Under the pieces are notes generated by a model. The model was not told where the DNA came from. It did no database searches and worked only from the letters and a program-made list of their open reading frames with translations. 64,000 bases of DNA from Phoronis australis (Eukaryota; Animalia; Phoronida), in contig NMRA01000632.1 of the NCBI GenBank assembly GCA_002633005.1, positions 1-64,000 on the forward strand, in the 5' to 3' direction. This document shows, in pieces, positions 1-15,000 of the stretch (position 1 is its first letter; each line of letters begins with the position of its first letter). A program made the position numbers and the translations under genes.

Positions 1-3000
1 GTATCCTGGCAGCAGCCGAGTAGTTGCCCGATTTTTCGTAGTACTTCCACAGTAGATCCCAGATGGCGCAGTTGTCCGGCTGAGTGCTGGACGCTTTTTT
101 CAAGTAGCTCTCCAGGTACGGTGACTGAACCTTAAATAGCAAGAAAAGGTCAAAGTTCAAGGCAAGAGAGTTAAAATGTTGAGAGCTGTCTGTCATGCAT
201 CCATCACAGCAAAGTTTTTAATCATATTTTTGGTCAAATTTGACCCAATCGTGCCCGAGAACTGGTGAACGTCTGTTTTATAAAAATCTCAACATAGAAC
301 AACTTGGAATCTTGACAGTGATGATCAATATGGGCTCTGTCAAACACCAATTTAGTTCTCAGTAAGAACTTGAAAACAGGAAAACATCCAGTGGCACTCA
401 ACTAAGCGTGATAAAATCTTAGCAAGAACCTTGTGAAATACGTCACATTTGAGGCGTGGTTTTGGCCAATGTTACCCATATCTGCCCATTGCCAACTCGT
501 TTAAACATGAAGGACACAGCCAAAAACGAGTTTGGTATGTCAGAGCCCTATAAGAGTCTGAAATGCATGTACTCATTGTTTGTTACAACTACATCGCTCT
601 AGACTTGAGTTGGCACAAATAGATTGCAGTCCAAAGGCAGCATTTCGAGTCCAACCGCAGAGGAAAACATGTAATCAATATATTACTTCTTTAAATTTCA
701 ACATTATCATTTAAATCTAACAAAAATGAGCTGAGCCACTAATGTATGAGTTTGGCATTATCACAAAGAACAAAATCGGACAAACAGACAGAATGACATC
801 ACCCCAGAGTGTTTAGTGTTAGACTTAGGGCTATCATGAGGGTTAGGATTAGACATCAGTCAGGTGACGTCCCTTCCATCTGATTATGATGAAACCTCAC
901 CAATTTAGGACGTACGACGTAAGATGGGTGAAATTTTATTTTCTCATTTTTTCTTTAAGTTAGGTTGCATCAAAATAATGCGTCATATTCAAAGTTCTGT
1001 ACCATATCCACACAACAGACAATATTTTGATAAAATTGCGCCCCCTCTCTGCAATGTTAAAAGACATTGAAAAATGAGAAAGTGCAGTTTTGGCAATGAT
1101 TTTTTGTCCGAAATTAGTGAGATTTTACTGTATTGTTGTTGTGATAATCTTGAATCAGTAGTTTATTAATTAATTTCACACATAATCACTTCCAATGTAC
1201 ACTTCACTATATAAAACAGCCTAGACTTTAAAGAATATCTATTCTTCTTTTTCATGTGATCAATCACAGAATTTAACAGAGCTCCACTATGGTTACATCG
1301 CAACTAATTTTTACATCGACTAATTACCTGAAGTAATTGATCTATGAGCCCGCACAGAATGAGCCAATCATAGAAGGCTATGTGGAACATTTCATCATCT
1401 GTCTTGAGACATAGCTGTATGATCTGTTCCACCTGAAAAGAGTAAACACAAACAACATTCAATACCAGGTACATACAGTAAATTTACCAAATTATGATAT
1501 TTAGCGACAAGCTTTGTGAGCTTGAATGTGTGCAAGCGTGCATGAATGGTTTAAACCTGCTTGTCTTTATTATCTACACATAGTTTTCTGAAGATATGCA
1601 CACCTTTTGATATGCCCACTGTGCGTATGTAAGAAAAATTCTTCACAGATGTGCCCAGTGAATGCATAAACAAGGATGACTAAATTGGAAAATTTTCACC
1701 AGTTTCACGGCAAATGGATACCGAAAATGAAACCAGAAGTTAATTTTCAACAACAAACTCTTATGTGTGGGGACAATCATGCACAGACAATGTTGTGATT
1801 TGACTCTGGGTTTCAATTAGTGCACCAGTTACTGTATTGACACACCCTAACATATATTCGTCACTTACAAGCATATAAGCCCGGGTGTATATTTAGATGT
1901 AACTTTTGGTCTTGAATGTTTTACGAAGTACCCCTTGGTTTTTCTGCGGAAAACCTACTCATTGCTGCCAAGCATAATCGAATCGTGATATGACAAGCAA
2001 AATGATGCTCTTTGTATTTATCTTGTAACATTTCTCGATTGACTTAACACTTTTTCCCTTTCGACAGATATTCATGCATGGAAAGTGGATGTCATACAAC
2101 TAGAATCCAGGGGTACCGCAGTAGTCAAAATCTTTCGAGTAATCTAATGTACACCACTCCAGCGTACTTTAAAACCAATCAATCAAGATGATTGACTCAC
2201 GTATTGCTCGGCTTCCAAGTTGGTCAGTCTGTCCGGGTCCGGGGGAGGAGGAGGTCCAGGGGTCTTGGGCACGTTGGGGGCCTGGGGGTGGGATGCACTG
2301 ATGTCCATCAACTGTCGCAGGATGTCTGTGATGTTCCTATAGCAACCCATCCTGAAGCAAAAATGAAAAACATGTAGTGCAGAATAGTACATTATTTTGC
2401 AAAAACATTCCACTGGTGACAATATTCAAGTTCCAAATTAATCTTGACTAAAACCAAAATTTAGTTGGAGTGGGCTTGAGACAGGATGTTTGCTTTAAAT
2501 GGCATACATGAAAGTCTATCATCACCACAATTTTTAAAATAAATTTTCACTTAATTGCCACTTTCTCGTCAACAGGAGAATGCAGGCTGCTTCATGTCAC
2601 CTAATTCGTCAGCTTTCTGATTATTACTTACAGAGTTGATCAAGTTTCACATTTAAAAAAGATTGTTATACACAATACTACACAGTTTGCTTGTTAATTT
2701 GTGAATTTTCTCTACTTAATCACTTAACTGGGGTCTCACAACTTCTCAATGGCTTCAATTATCGTACTAGCAGTGTGCACAATACAAATATACAGTCTGT
2801 AGGTTTGTGTCAGTGCAACGCCTTTGTTAAGAACTACCACCAGTGTGGTGTACGCAATGTGCGACCTTATAGAGGCGCTGGTGTACGCAATGTGCGACCT
2901 TATAGAGGCGCTGGTGTAGGCAATGTGCGACCTTATAGAGGCACTTGCGTACGCAGTGTGCGACCTTATGGAGGCGCTGGTGTACGCAGTGTGCGACCTT

Positions 3001-6000
3001 AAAGAGGCGCTGGTGTACGCAGTGTGCGACCTTATAGAGGCGCTGGTGTACGCAGTGTGCGACCTTATAGAGGTGCTGGTGTACGCAGTGTGCGACCTTA
3101 AAGAGGCGCTGGTGTACGCAGTGTGCGACCTTATAGAGGCGCTGGTGTACGCAGTGTGCGACCTTATAGAGGCGCTGGTGTATCGAGCAGCATCAACATG
3201 GTATCAAAAGTAACTAGATTTTGGTAAGTTCATCACACCTTGCCCTCGTGTGGAGGGTCAGCCTTCATGGCTAAGTTTACAATTATGAATCATGAGTCAA
3301 AAGAGATAGAAGTTGCTAAGTCCCTACTGAGAACTTGTCAGACATTTCATCAAGTCATTTTTATAAGGATGTAAATAAACTTAAACTGACCGACTTCAGT
3401 CTCTAATTTCAGTCCCATGTATTTTACCACCAAGAATAAAGCTTATAATATAGCATTCTCAGCAGCAGTTGTGTGACAGCTGTTTCAAGCAGGTAAGTAC
3501 ATAACTAAACAGCTATATGTCTTCTAGGCCTTTACTGCAACATTAATGTAGTCATGACCTGGGGGGTGACACCTACCTCAGGGCAAACATATGTGCCCCC
3601 TGCACATCCTCCGGGGGTTCACCGCTCCTGTAGTAGTGCAGAGCCAGGTTCTGAGGGTCGCACTTTGTGGCCGCCACGAGACACAGGTCAACCACGCCCT
3701 CGTAGTACCGGACAGCCGAAAATTGGGCACAGATGTTGGCAAGGTCAAGGTTGAGTGTGATCTGTTTGTAAAGCTACAACAAACATGTGAGATTAGGGAT
3801 CAAATGTACCAAATTACGGTAAACTTTCCTCAAATTTGAACAAATATTAAAGCCAAAATGGTGTTTTTTTTCAATTTTTCAAATGCTCACTGTGATTGCA
3901 AACATATTGATTGCGTGCTTGTTAATGACAGTGATATACACAGTTTACAAATAAACAAGTAAAACTGTCTTCTTATTTACTAAGCAAGTAAAATTGTCTT
4001 CTTATTTACTAAGCAAGTAAAATTGTCTTCTTATTTACTAAGCAAGTAAAATTGTCTTCTTAATATTTAGTAAGCAAGTAAAATTGTCTTTTTATTTACT
4101 AAGCAAATAAAACTGTCTTCTTATTTACTCTTGTTAAAAAAATTTTCATACCAAAAAATTTTCTAATCCGAGTAATGATGTTTCAAAATATTAAGTAATA
4201 ATGAAGACACCATGATATGACAAACGGAATTCAAGGAATCTGACTTCTTTCACAGAATTAGAGAATTTGAATGGAATTTATGTATTTCAACAGCAGGTAT
4301 ATAATTCTATGTTTTTGGTTTTTAAGTACCAAAGAATATCAAAATTTAACAATTCTGGCCACACATCAATCGATGATAGTTTTGTGGCAGACACAAGTAG
4401 TTGTTCATTCTCTCTGAAGCCGGTGCTGTTCCTTTTGTTTCGAAAAAAAAATAAAATGGCACGCGGCAAGGTATCGCTAAGGGCTGTTCCAGTAAAATCC
4501 GTGTGGGAGGGGGGGGACGGCAGTAGAAATAAAAATTCATGGGTGGTGGTCTTCAGAAAAAAACTCAAATTATGGGTGGTCGTTCCTGTAAGAAGTGATG
4601 CATTAAAAATGGGTGGTGTTTTTTGACCTGTTAATGTCAGATAGGTTGGTTACTTCACTCAAAAATAAATGCAATAGTCCTAACTTATCCAAATACAAAA
4701 AGCCCATATTGCCAGTGAACAGAGTGTAATATGTTCACTAAGCCATTAATCAAGTCATGGGCAACTCGATTTGAGCCAACCCTTTGTCTGCAGTCCTATT
4801 GAATTGAAAAGTTATGCAACACTGAACTGGTGTTAACACATATAAGAAAATTGATGATTTTTAAATAAAAAGTATGAGGAGTAAGATAAACAAGTTCCAA
4901 TATTCACTTGACATAGAAGTATAGAAGAGTTCGTGGAGACAGTTTGAGATTCATAGATCCTTATAAATGAAAAAATGTTCATTCAAATTATAGACACATG
5001 GTGAACAGAGACACCTGGTGGCTGCCAAAAGTATTGCTTACAGGCTACTTTAGTTTTTGACAATATTGGACAAGACAACTAGTTCTTGTCTGTCAGTCAT
5101 CTAAGTTCTTAACAGGTCCTCCTGGAGGCAATTTGTTTGCAAGTGTTGGATATTATATTTTAACCTATTAAAAATAATTAAAAAATTATGGGTCATGGGT
5201 TGGAGAAATAAATGAAAAATACGGGCGGTGGGTATGAAATAAAAGTGCCTTCCCCCCCTCCCATACAGATTTTGCTGGAACAGCCCTAAAGAACTGCGGC
5301 ATAACTAAGTGGTGGAAATGCAAGGTAATTCCCAGAGCATTCTTATGTTATTTGAATGTTATTTATCACCCTGAAATAGAATAGTAATCTCCTCATAATA
5401 TACAAAATGGAAAAAAAAACGAATTTCCCTGCTTTTGAGAACAAAAAACAGGGTCTCTAGAGAATTGTTTATTCTTGACACGACCCTTTGAAACTCATGG
5501 ACTAACACATACTGTTAATGTTTCCTTCAAAGTCTTTTCTTTCTCCACAGCATTAAGTATACTCTTGGTTGACTGTAGCATCTCATTGGCCTTGGAGCAC
5601 AGCACATCCTCTTCACTGTAAAGTGACGGGCACACTTCTCTTAGACGGCCACTGATGGCGTCCGTGGTGGCATTGTCGCCAAGGTAACGGTTGATGAGGC
5701 AGTCGATGAGAGCCTTGCACATCTGAGTGAGAGCACAGCAGAAAATTGTGATTGACGTTACTAACTGAATGGCACGATAGCCGGGACTAGAACAAAATGT
5801 TACCAGAGACCAAACTCTGTAACTGACCAGTTGAGTAGCACACTTTCGACACTCTTCCAAATATAAGACAGTTTAGTCTTGAACAAAGTTTGGTGCCTCC
5901 TGAAACTTTCTAAATCTGTGAGCTTTGTAAAAGGAGGTGTAGATTCACTAAATAAACTTAGTTGAGGATACATGTTCATCACGCATGCAGAAATTGACAG

Positions 6001-9000
6001 ATCACTTACAATGTGATATTTACAGGGGGGAACTATAATTGTAACTTTGGTTGTTTGACCAGTTCAACAAGATGGTCAATGTTCAAAAACTTCGTAACAT
6101 ATCCAAGTTCCAACTTGCTTGCAGACAGTCACGCAGATTAATACACACAAAAGAACATTACAAAACTCCTCGACAGGTAACCACATGGTCAATCCAGGTG
6201 TCCTTACTCGGCAGTCATGTAAAATTGAAGGTGGTACGAGGTAAATCAAAAATTAAAAACATCAGAGCTAACCTGGTTGTACCAATGCTAGTGCTTGTCT
6301 CAAGCCACCTTTAATTATTATTATTACAACCATACAGAATTGTAATAAGTGTTTCATTTACTAACAGACAACAGTTGACTTTGTATCACCAAATGTCCAG
6401 GGTCTGATCTTTGTACTTGAAAACAAAAATTTACAACTTCCTTAATTTCCAATTCAACACAAACTCAAGACAAGATGCCTACAGTACTGTTTATGTGTTC
6501 CTTATGATTTCATGGATGGTTGTCTAATCCTATTTGCACTTGATGACCCTAGCATTAAAGCTACAAGTTCCGAGTCCACATTAAAAAATTTAAGCTTTTA
6601 GTCGAAATCTCAAGCATTTACTCGAGTTTAAAGCTTAAATTTAGGGGTCATCGAGTGCAAACTTGGACTAGAAATTCATCCGACTGGCGTGTAAACCATA
6701 ATGAACTCGAGCATAGAACAGTAGACACTTACATGTACCTTGAGCTCATATTAAAGCAGGACATAAATGTCCAAAATAATTTTGAGTTTGATTTCGAGTA
6801 GACCCCTGACCCTGGTTAAATCAAAACGTAAATCAATGCACACAGTATATACTCACATCTCTACCACAGGCCACAAGTTGTCTAAATGTCATCGACCGCA
6901 GCTGATTTTGGTGTTCCTGAAAATAACAACCATTACTTCATCTGTGTTTTTAATTTACCTCTGCATTTCCCCAAATAAATTCACCTTCATAGGAGTCCCT
7001 CTCGGAAAAAAATAACGCAAAGCATTGAAAGGAAACCAAACTTATTGAATAGGTGATGTATCACGAAAACTTCTAGTTTTTGGTAACTTTTACAAGTGAA
7101 CAATAACTGAACAACTATTTTGAAAATAACTGAAGGCTACAAACTGTCCAGTTGAACACTGAAATGAACAACAAAGTATGTCAAGAAGGCTACCCTAATC
7201 CAACACTCAACTGGTATCCGCCCACTTCCACAATATACCTCTGTATCAAATTTCACCAAAGTCCATCAAGATATTTTGATAATGTTGATGGACAAGGGAT
7301 ACCATGTCAAAAGTTTTAATCATATCTTAAACAGGGGGTGCTTAAGGAGTTAGATCCATCTGGTGTCACCCGATGCCTGCAGAACTGACATATCGCAAGC
7401 TCCGCCCCCTTGCGTAATGTCGACTAAACAATAACCTGGCAACGTGTTGTTTGTCGGGTAAAATGGCGGCTTGGAAACGAAGGTGTGTCAATAATGCTGT
7501 GTTCTAAATGGTCACTTAAGCCGTCACTCAAAATCCTGGCGATAGGTCAATTGCTGATCGTTCGTGACCTTTAACAGTCCTACACTTTCCACCACCATTC
7601 ACTACTCACCACAGGCAAGCCCCAGGCAATGACATGGAACTGGTGATCACTCAACACTTTCCACAGTCCTATAGTTTCAATCACTATGCCAAGAAATAGT
7701 TCCAAGTTCTGTAGCGATGCTTTCTCCAAAGCTTGTGCCTCCACTTCATTTCTTCGCCGAGTGTGCTCATCCACTTGACCACCAGGATCGTGTCGTGATA
7801 CCGTTCTCTGCCCAAATCTACACACAGACAAACACCGGCATTGAATATGGATATCCTACAGACTTTGAGATCTTGTTTTTAAGAATCGGCAACCAGAAGC
7901 CCAAAACTGGCACCAGAGAAACAACAGTTCAAACTGTGTGGACGCATGCATTTGCGTTGCTTGGGTTGGCGTTAAGATTATGTTGGACCCCGCCGGTCTT
8001 GATGACCAGATCTGACTCTGACTCCTGCCTGTTAAATTCATGCTGTTGTTTGAGCATGTGCACTTGGATATGTGCTGAGGGTGGCAGAAGTATTGACTTA
8101 ACGAAACAAATAGAATAATAGTTATTAAAAACCAAACGTATTGCATTTGAATTTTTCAATTAAATTTTAATTTTTGGAAGACACCACAAATTTCGAAGCA
8201 AATTACAATTGAATTTTTTCTCCTTATGTGGTTGCAACTCGCAAAGATCCAGGGACTTTGTGGCAACTTGGGACTTTTACCCAGTCGCCAAACAAAATCT
8301 GACGTTGCATTGGCGAGCTGCAGGCTGCCAAATCGAGCCCTGCACTCATGTGTGTCCATAAATCACGCACAAATTACACCACTGGAATAAACCTTTCACT
8401 TGCTTGCAGGCTTGAGGTCAGATCATAAGCCAGCTGACAAGGCAATTTCCAAGCTTTCAATTATGAATATCTTTAGACAGTGCAGCAGACTGCCTATCTG
8501 CAGTCTGTCCTGATACCATGTGAACACAATTTTATTGTACACCTACCCCGCAGTCATGAGTGGTGATGCGAACTGTGAGTTGACCTTCATCCAGTCATGA
8601 AGGCTGGTCAGCTGATCGTGGAACAAACTCAACTCATCACCAGTCAGCCGGCTTGTCATCTGGAACCAACAGAGGAACAACACTGAGGAATTGGAACCAA
8701 CAAATGAACAACACTTACTATTTGTTCAAACAGTGAGGAATTGGGACCAACAAATGAGCAACTACACTGACTTAGTTATTAGACGGAAAGTGACCAAATG
8801 ACAGAAAGTGGTGTACTAGCCACAACTCACAGGCAAAAAATGCCACAAAATCAAGATCATAACGATTTTGTACATACATTTGGTATGGATAAGTAGAATA
8901 TTGCGTGAGGAAACAGTTGATAATCCGTGTGCATTTTGAAAAAAAAATCAAAATAAATTGGATTTTTTGAAAATAAAAAAAAACCGATACTTAAAAAAAC

Positions 9001-12000
9001 GAAGTTCAATAAAAAGTTCGATTTTTGTCACTTTCAGAGTCATTTCTAACTAGTTAAAACCCCCTTTTTTGCGATAGGAACCTGGAGATTTGACCAGTGT
9101 ATACACCCCCCTTAACTGTCAAAACAGTGCATTTTAATGATTTTTGAATTAAGACAAAAGTTAACAGTTTCTCCATGTTATCTATCTGCACATTCCTGCT
9201 TTTGAGTGTCTTGCTTTCTGTGTTGGTACGTACCTTGATGAACTGTGTCTGACCTCTGCTGTTTGTGTAAGGCAGGTCTACAGCCACTTTGTAGTCCCAG
9301 AGTGGTCTAAAACAACGGACAAAATTTATCAAGTGTAAAACAATTGTGAAAAGCCCTAAGTCAATGGCAAACACAGCTGCTTCTGAATGGAACTAAATGG
9401 CTAAAAAATGCCTGCACAACAAAATAATTTCCAAAAGCATTGTGAAAATTAAAATTAAGTTCCAGCAAAGTTCAAATTTGTTTAGGAAAATACCACGTCA
9501 CAGGAAATTTCAAAACTTTGATAACCTGAAATTGTATTGCTGCAAGCTTATTTCCGACTATTGACTTCAGGGCCAGATTCCTAATCTTTGTACTCAAATT
9601 CAAATTTATTATTTTTCGCTTTTTTGTACAAACTCAAAAGAAGAAGAGTCTATTATCCTATATTTGAGTATATGATGGTTTACATGGGCGACCATCTAAT
9701 CCCAGTTTTCACTTGGTCACCCCAACATTAAAGCTATCAGACAGAGTCTGAACTCAAAACCTTGAGTATCTACCAGAAATCTCAAAGTTTTTGCTCAAAT
9801 CTAATAATCATCAAGTGCGAACGTGGACCAGTTACTCATCTCGGTAGCCCATAAAATAGTCAAGCACAGAATAATTGGCAATTACTTTGAGGTCACATAA
9901 AATAAGAGAGGAAAAAGTAAAAATAATTCCGAGTACAAAGATCACATCACAGGCCCTGGATTCAAGAGAAGTGATACAACAATTACACAAACAACGAAAA
10001 AGAGACACTTACGCAAGAATGCGACTCATGTACTTGCAAAGACCATTGTGTTTGCCCGAGTAGACAACATCTGTGGCCACAGTCGATGGCTGCATGGACT
10101 GGTGATGTAAAGCTGTAGCTGGCTGTAGCTGAGGCTGCTGTGGTATATAGCCAGGGTAGGGGGTTGACATCTGGTGAGGTTGTGCGCCTGTTCGTGGCAA
10201 AAATTTGCATCATTACAGAATTGTACACTACACACTACACTGCATCACAACACAACTGTACACTACACACTACACTGCATCACAACACAACAGTACACTA
10301 CACACTACACTGCATCATTACACAACTGTACACTACACACTACACTGCATCATTACACAACTGTACACTACACACTACACTGCACCATTACACAACTGTA
10401 CACTACACACTACACTGCATCATTACACAACTGTACACTACACACTACACTGCATCATTACACAACTGTACACTACACACTACACTACACACTACACTGC
10501 ATCATTACACAACTGTACACTACACACTACACTGCACCATTACACAACTGTACACTACACACTACACTGCATCATTACACAACTGTACACTACACACTAC
10601 ACTACACACTACACTGCATCATTACACAACTGTACACTACACACTACACTGCACCATTACACAACTGTACACTACACACTACACTGCATCATTACACAAC
10701 TGTACACTACACACTACACTACACACTACACTGCATCATTACACAACTGTACACTACACACTACACTGCACCATTACACAACTGTACACTACACACTACA
10801 CTGCATCATTACACAACTGTACACTACACACTACACTGCAGCATTACAGGACTACACACTACACTGCACCAACACCATTCGACTAGTAAACAATCACCAA
10901 TGCTGGATTAATATTATACAAAAGAGCACACTGTACAGCACTCTTCAATTGTTTTGATGTCACACCATAGCACATGCAGAGCCGCCCTGGGACAGCAAAA
11001 CCTACATGTCTATTCAACTGCAATGACACAAAGCTGACATTTAAAAGAAAGCAGAATGGAGAAACAAGAACTCTTAAGTTTCCACTTCTGAGCAGCAATG
11101 CTCATATAAATAAACTAGTCTAATTGCCATAACTACCAAAATCAAAAAAGCACTAAAAACCATACATCAAAACATTGACAATATGGCGCTGAAATGTAGG
11201 CAAACAACGCAAGCCTAGGAAGCCACCAATATGAGGAAATTACACATACCAACAAGCACTGTCCAAACTTGATGGGCAATGCAGTTGTCATCTGTACATT
11301 GCACTTTTTGGTTCACATTGCTTAGTCTCATTTGGCATGCTGATTTGTATGTCTCCACGACTGCACCCGTTGTTGTTGCTGGTTCCGCTGGCTAAGACAT
11401 CTGATTGGTCTATAAACCGAAAGTCATCATCGAGAACCAATCAGATGTTTCAGCCGGTTGACCCAGCGTATTCAATCAAGTACATGAAATCTCTCAGTTT
11501 TAAGCTGTGTTGTATTGTCTCACTATTTTTTTAGTCGTTTGCATTTTCATGTCAATCAATGCTAAATAAATCAATCAAAACTCAACATCACAGCGGACAT
11601 AATTTATTTTTTAGAACCTTTTAAAACATTTGAAACATTTAACAAGCTGCACGATGACAACTTCCCATTCACAAGGTGGTTCCAAAGTTTGAAGAAAGGC
11701 CCCTCCCTTTATCACCTGAACAGACTGAATTAAGCTGTTCACAAGTGTAGGGTCATTTGCATGATTAAGATCTCATGTGACTGCCTAGATGCGTGTATTA
11801 CTACACGTAGAACTATTGCTTCGACCACTAGTGCCATCTAGTGAATTTTGATTTCCTCACGTAAGGAATCCCAAGGTTTCTCTGGATACTTTACCTGGGG
11901 CAGGTGTGGGGAATGCCGTTGAGTTGAACTGTGGCACAGGTGAGCCGATGGCGGACATGTTATTAAACGTACTGTGCGACGGGGAGGTAAAGCTCTGCTG

Positions 12001-15000
12001 CGAAACTGTACAAACAAAAGGAACAACACACTCACACAGGTGACACAGTCCTAAAGAGGCGAGAATCAATCTGAATGCAGCGGCCATATTGTGGAAAAAC
12101 GACTGAAATAAGAATGCAAAGAAACTGGCCACGGGGTTGATAACCTCATTTAAAAGGAGCCTTACATTCAAATGTTAAGAGTGTAAAACGGTGGACACAG
12201 AATTGAGTTACCAACTGAAACTGAACAGTACAGTTCATGGTAAGTACAGCTAGTACTTTGCCCAGATTTAGTAGTCAAGGAGCTTTTGCCTGTTCACAAA
12301 ATCTACAATATTCTTTGGTATCAGCGTTTGCCTGTACAAAAAAATCTACTATCCTTCTGTTGAAGTTTTTGCCTGTTCAAAATATTCTTAAGACAGAAAC
12401 TTTTGCCTGTTCAAAATATTCTCAAGACAGAAACTTTTGCCTGTTCAAAATATTCTTAAGACAGAAACTTTTGCCTGTTCAAAATATTCTTAAGACAGAA
12501 ACTTTTGCCTGTTCAAAATATTCTTAAGACAGAAACTTTTGCCTGTTCAAAATATTCTTACGACAGAAACTTTTGCCTGTTCAAAAATAGATATTCTTTG
12601 GCAGAAGCTTATGCCTGTTCAAAAATCTACAATATTTCATACACGGCATATTGCAAAGGGTCGTATTTTTTCCATTATGCATCAACGTTCAGACTGAGCG
12701 AGAATACAATGAAAGAGGACAATCACTGGCTAAGCCGACAACGTTTCTTTGTTTGCAAGACACACTGGCTATCACAAAAGGGTAATTCAGATGAGATCTA
12801 TAATCACATCAAATAATTGTGATATGGCAAGCCCAAGGCCACTCTCTTCAAAGCATAATAGTACACAAGCATTATAAGGTGAAGCCTCCAACACTACCCA
12901 GTGATTACTACACAGTGGTTAAAGGCTACATAGGACCCGAGAAAAATATCCAAATATGTCTAACTTCAGAACTTCATATTTCATGTACTAGGCTTTATGC
13001 GCAGTTCTTCAAAACGCAGCAAGGAATTAATTTTAAAATGCACCACTTTTGCATGATGTGCTCTCAAAAACTAGGACTTTCTCTATTCTTACGAAAAATC
13101 AAAAATTGCATGAAACAAAAATGAAGAGACGATTGAGAGAACTTTAACAGTTTTCTAGATTTCACATAGAACATCAATATCAAGTGCAAATTGGCCATGT
13201 TATTGATACCGTTGTTTTGCGAGGGATGTACAGATCTTTGTTGATTAATTTCACTAATTGAAAAGACATGGTCACCTGACCCAATTAATAGAAAATTGGC
13301 CAAAAGTCAATCATCAAATTCTACAGGCTTTTCGCAATAATTTCCCCAATTAAAATCCATAGTTTTGAAGAGATTTGGCAATAGGCAGACATGTTGATAA
13401 AGTCCTACATAACCTGAAGTTTTAGCTGCAGACAATTTTTGCATTACACCAATGGAAACCACGAGAAAAACAGACTGACAAACAGAGGGATAAATGGTAT
13501 TCAAAAGCAAAGCAAGAAGTGTTAATTACTCAAGAAGCTTCAACATTTTTAGCAAAAATATCAACAGAAACAAAACTGGACATAACAGAACCGACACAAA
13601 AATTTAATTTGACAAGACTCACAAAAAGATGATCTTCGCAACCTCCTGGGATGCTTTAAAGCTAAAACCACATCGTTCAACAAACACAAAATGCACAACG
13701 GTCAAAGTTACACATGCTGATAACACCGGCTGAGTACAGTTGATATAACTTGGTGTGATAATGACCAGAAAGACGGTTGAAAATGGTTTGCTATACACAT
13801 TGTCAAGAAACAACTTTCCAAACACATTAATTTTTCTTCTCTAGGAACGACTAAAAAATTAACGCTAGAAAAAATTACAATGTAAAAACCACTTGGAATA
13901 AACCAATCAATAAGAAATACTGTAAGTCCAAATAAAAGATAAAAACTCACAAAGTAAGATGGCACAATGCATGCATCTATAACTTATACTGCAATTTGAA
14001 GCAGTCACTAAACAAAAGCATCCGGCTTTTGCAACAACCGAGAATATAATCAGAGGAAAACCAAACAGCAAATTAATATTTATTACATGCCTGTGTTTAG
14101 AACAAACTCGGACTTACCAGGGGATTGATACGACACAGCGCCGAAGGTAGGTCCTACTGTTGTTGTGGCAACTGGCGGTGAAGCAACACCGTTCACCTTG
14201 GGTTCACCACCGTACATGAAAAACGCACGAGTGGCCCACTCGGCAACCTGAGGAGCAAATTAAGATACTTGTAATACCTGTCACGTACACGATCATTGGG
14301 ATATACTGGTGCATTAATCCCCTCCCCAGACCATCCCCGTGACAGCAGAAGACGCAGAACTCCAGGGCTAATGTTGCCTGTAAGCATCTGATTTGACAAC
14401 ACTCGGACACGGCTTTTCTTGTGACTCTTAGCAGCATGGCCATAAATAATACCGGCAAATTAAGAATTGACAGTCAGTGTCGTGCCGAGCTGGAGAGTGC
14501 ACCAACAGTATTTTGAAATCTCAACTTATTGAAGATAAGTAACATTAATGAATATCATGCTGCATGTTCTATTGGAGTGCAACAACAGTTTCAAACTGAC
14601 GTGAGTTTTTGCACATTCTCATTGATGCGATTGAAAAAAATCCATAATACCCACGATCACATACTCAAGTGACTATTCACAGGGTTCAATTTGGTAACCA
14701 TAGGTTGTATTTGCCGACTTGGTATGAACCCCAAGTTGCCACTAAGTTGTCGGTTAACCCACTACCAGAAAAAAAACAGACGGTACTCAGACTTGTTTGA
14801 CGCAAACCTGAGGGGACCGACCATGGTACACGCGCAAACAATGTTTTCTGATCATGACCACCAGAGTACTAAAACTGGCTTTCTCATTCGGATGCCGCAT
14901 GCTGCAACATGCTAAGACGTTCCCAGTTTTGGGGACCTCATTTCCTGTTTGGTGCCCTAGGAATTTTGCCAGGTCGCATTTGGCATGTTGGTGGCTATGC

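Noticed and set aside
2846-3182. 33-bp repeat array as a CRISPR array or an 11-aa repeat protein (ORFs 2691-3002, 2923-3213)
   Set aside because: Units are contiguous with no unique spacers, there are no cas genes, and it sits in a eukaryotic intron; the ORFs arise only because 33 is a multiple of 3.
7856-8159. Possible extra NUP155 exon
   Set aside because: Exons 8547-8659 and 7610-7817 already join in phase; there is no convincing donor and no NUP155 similarity.
10140-10957. Three ~250-aa His/Thr/Tyr-rich ORFs
   Set aside because: They are translations of a stop-free minisatellite antisense to a NUP155 intron.
12237-12816. ORFs across the 34-bp repeat
   Set aside because: Minisatellite artefact.
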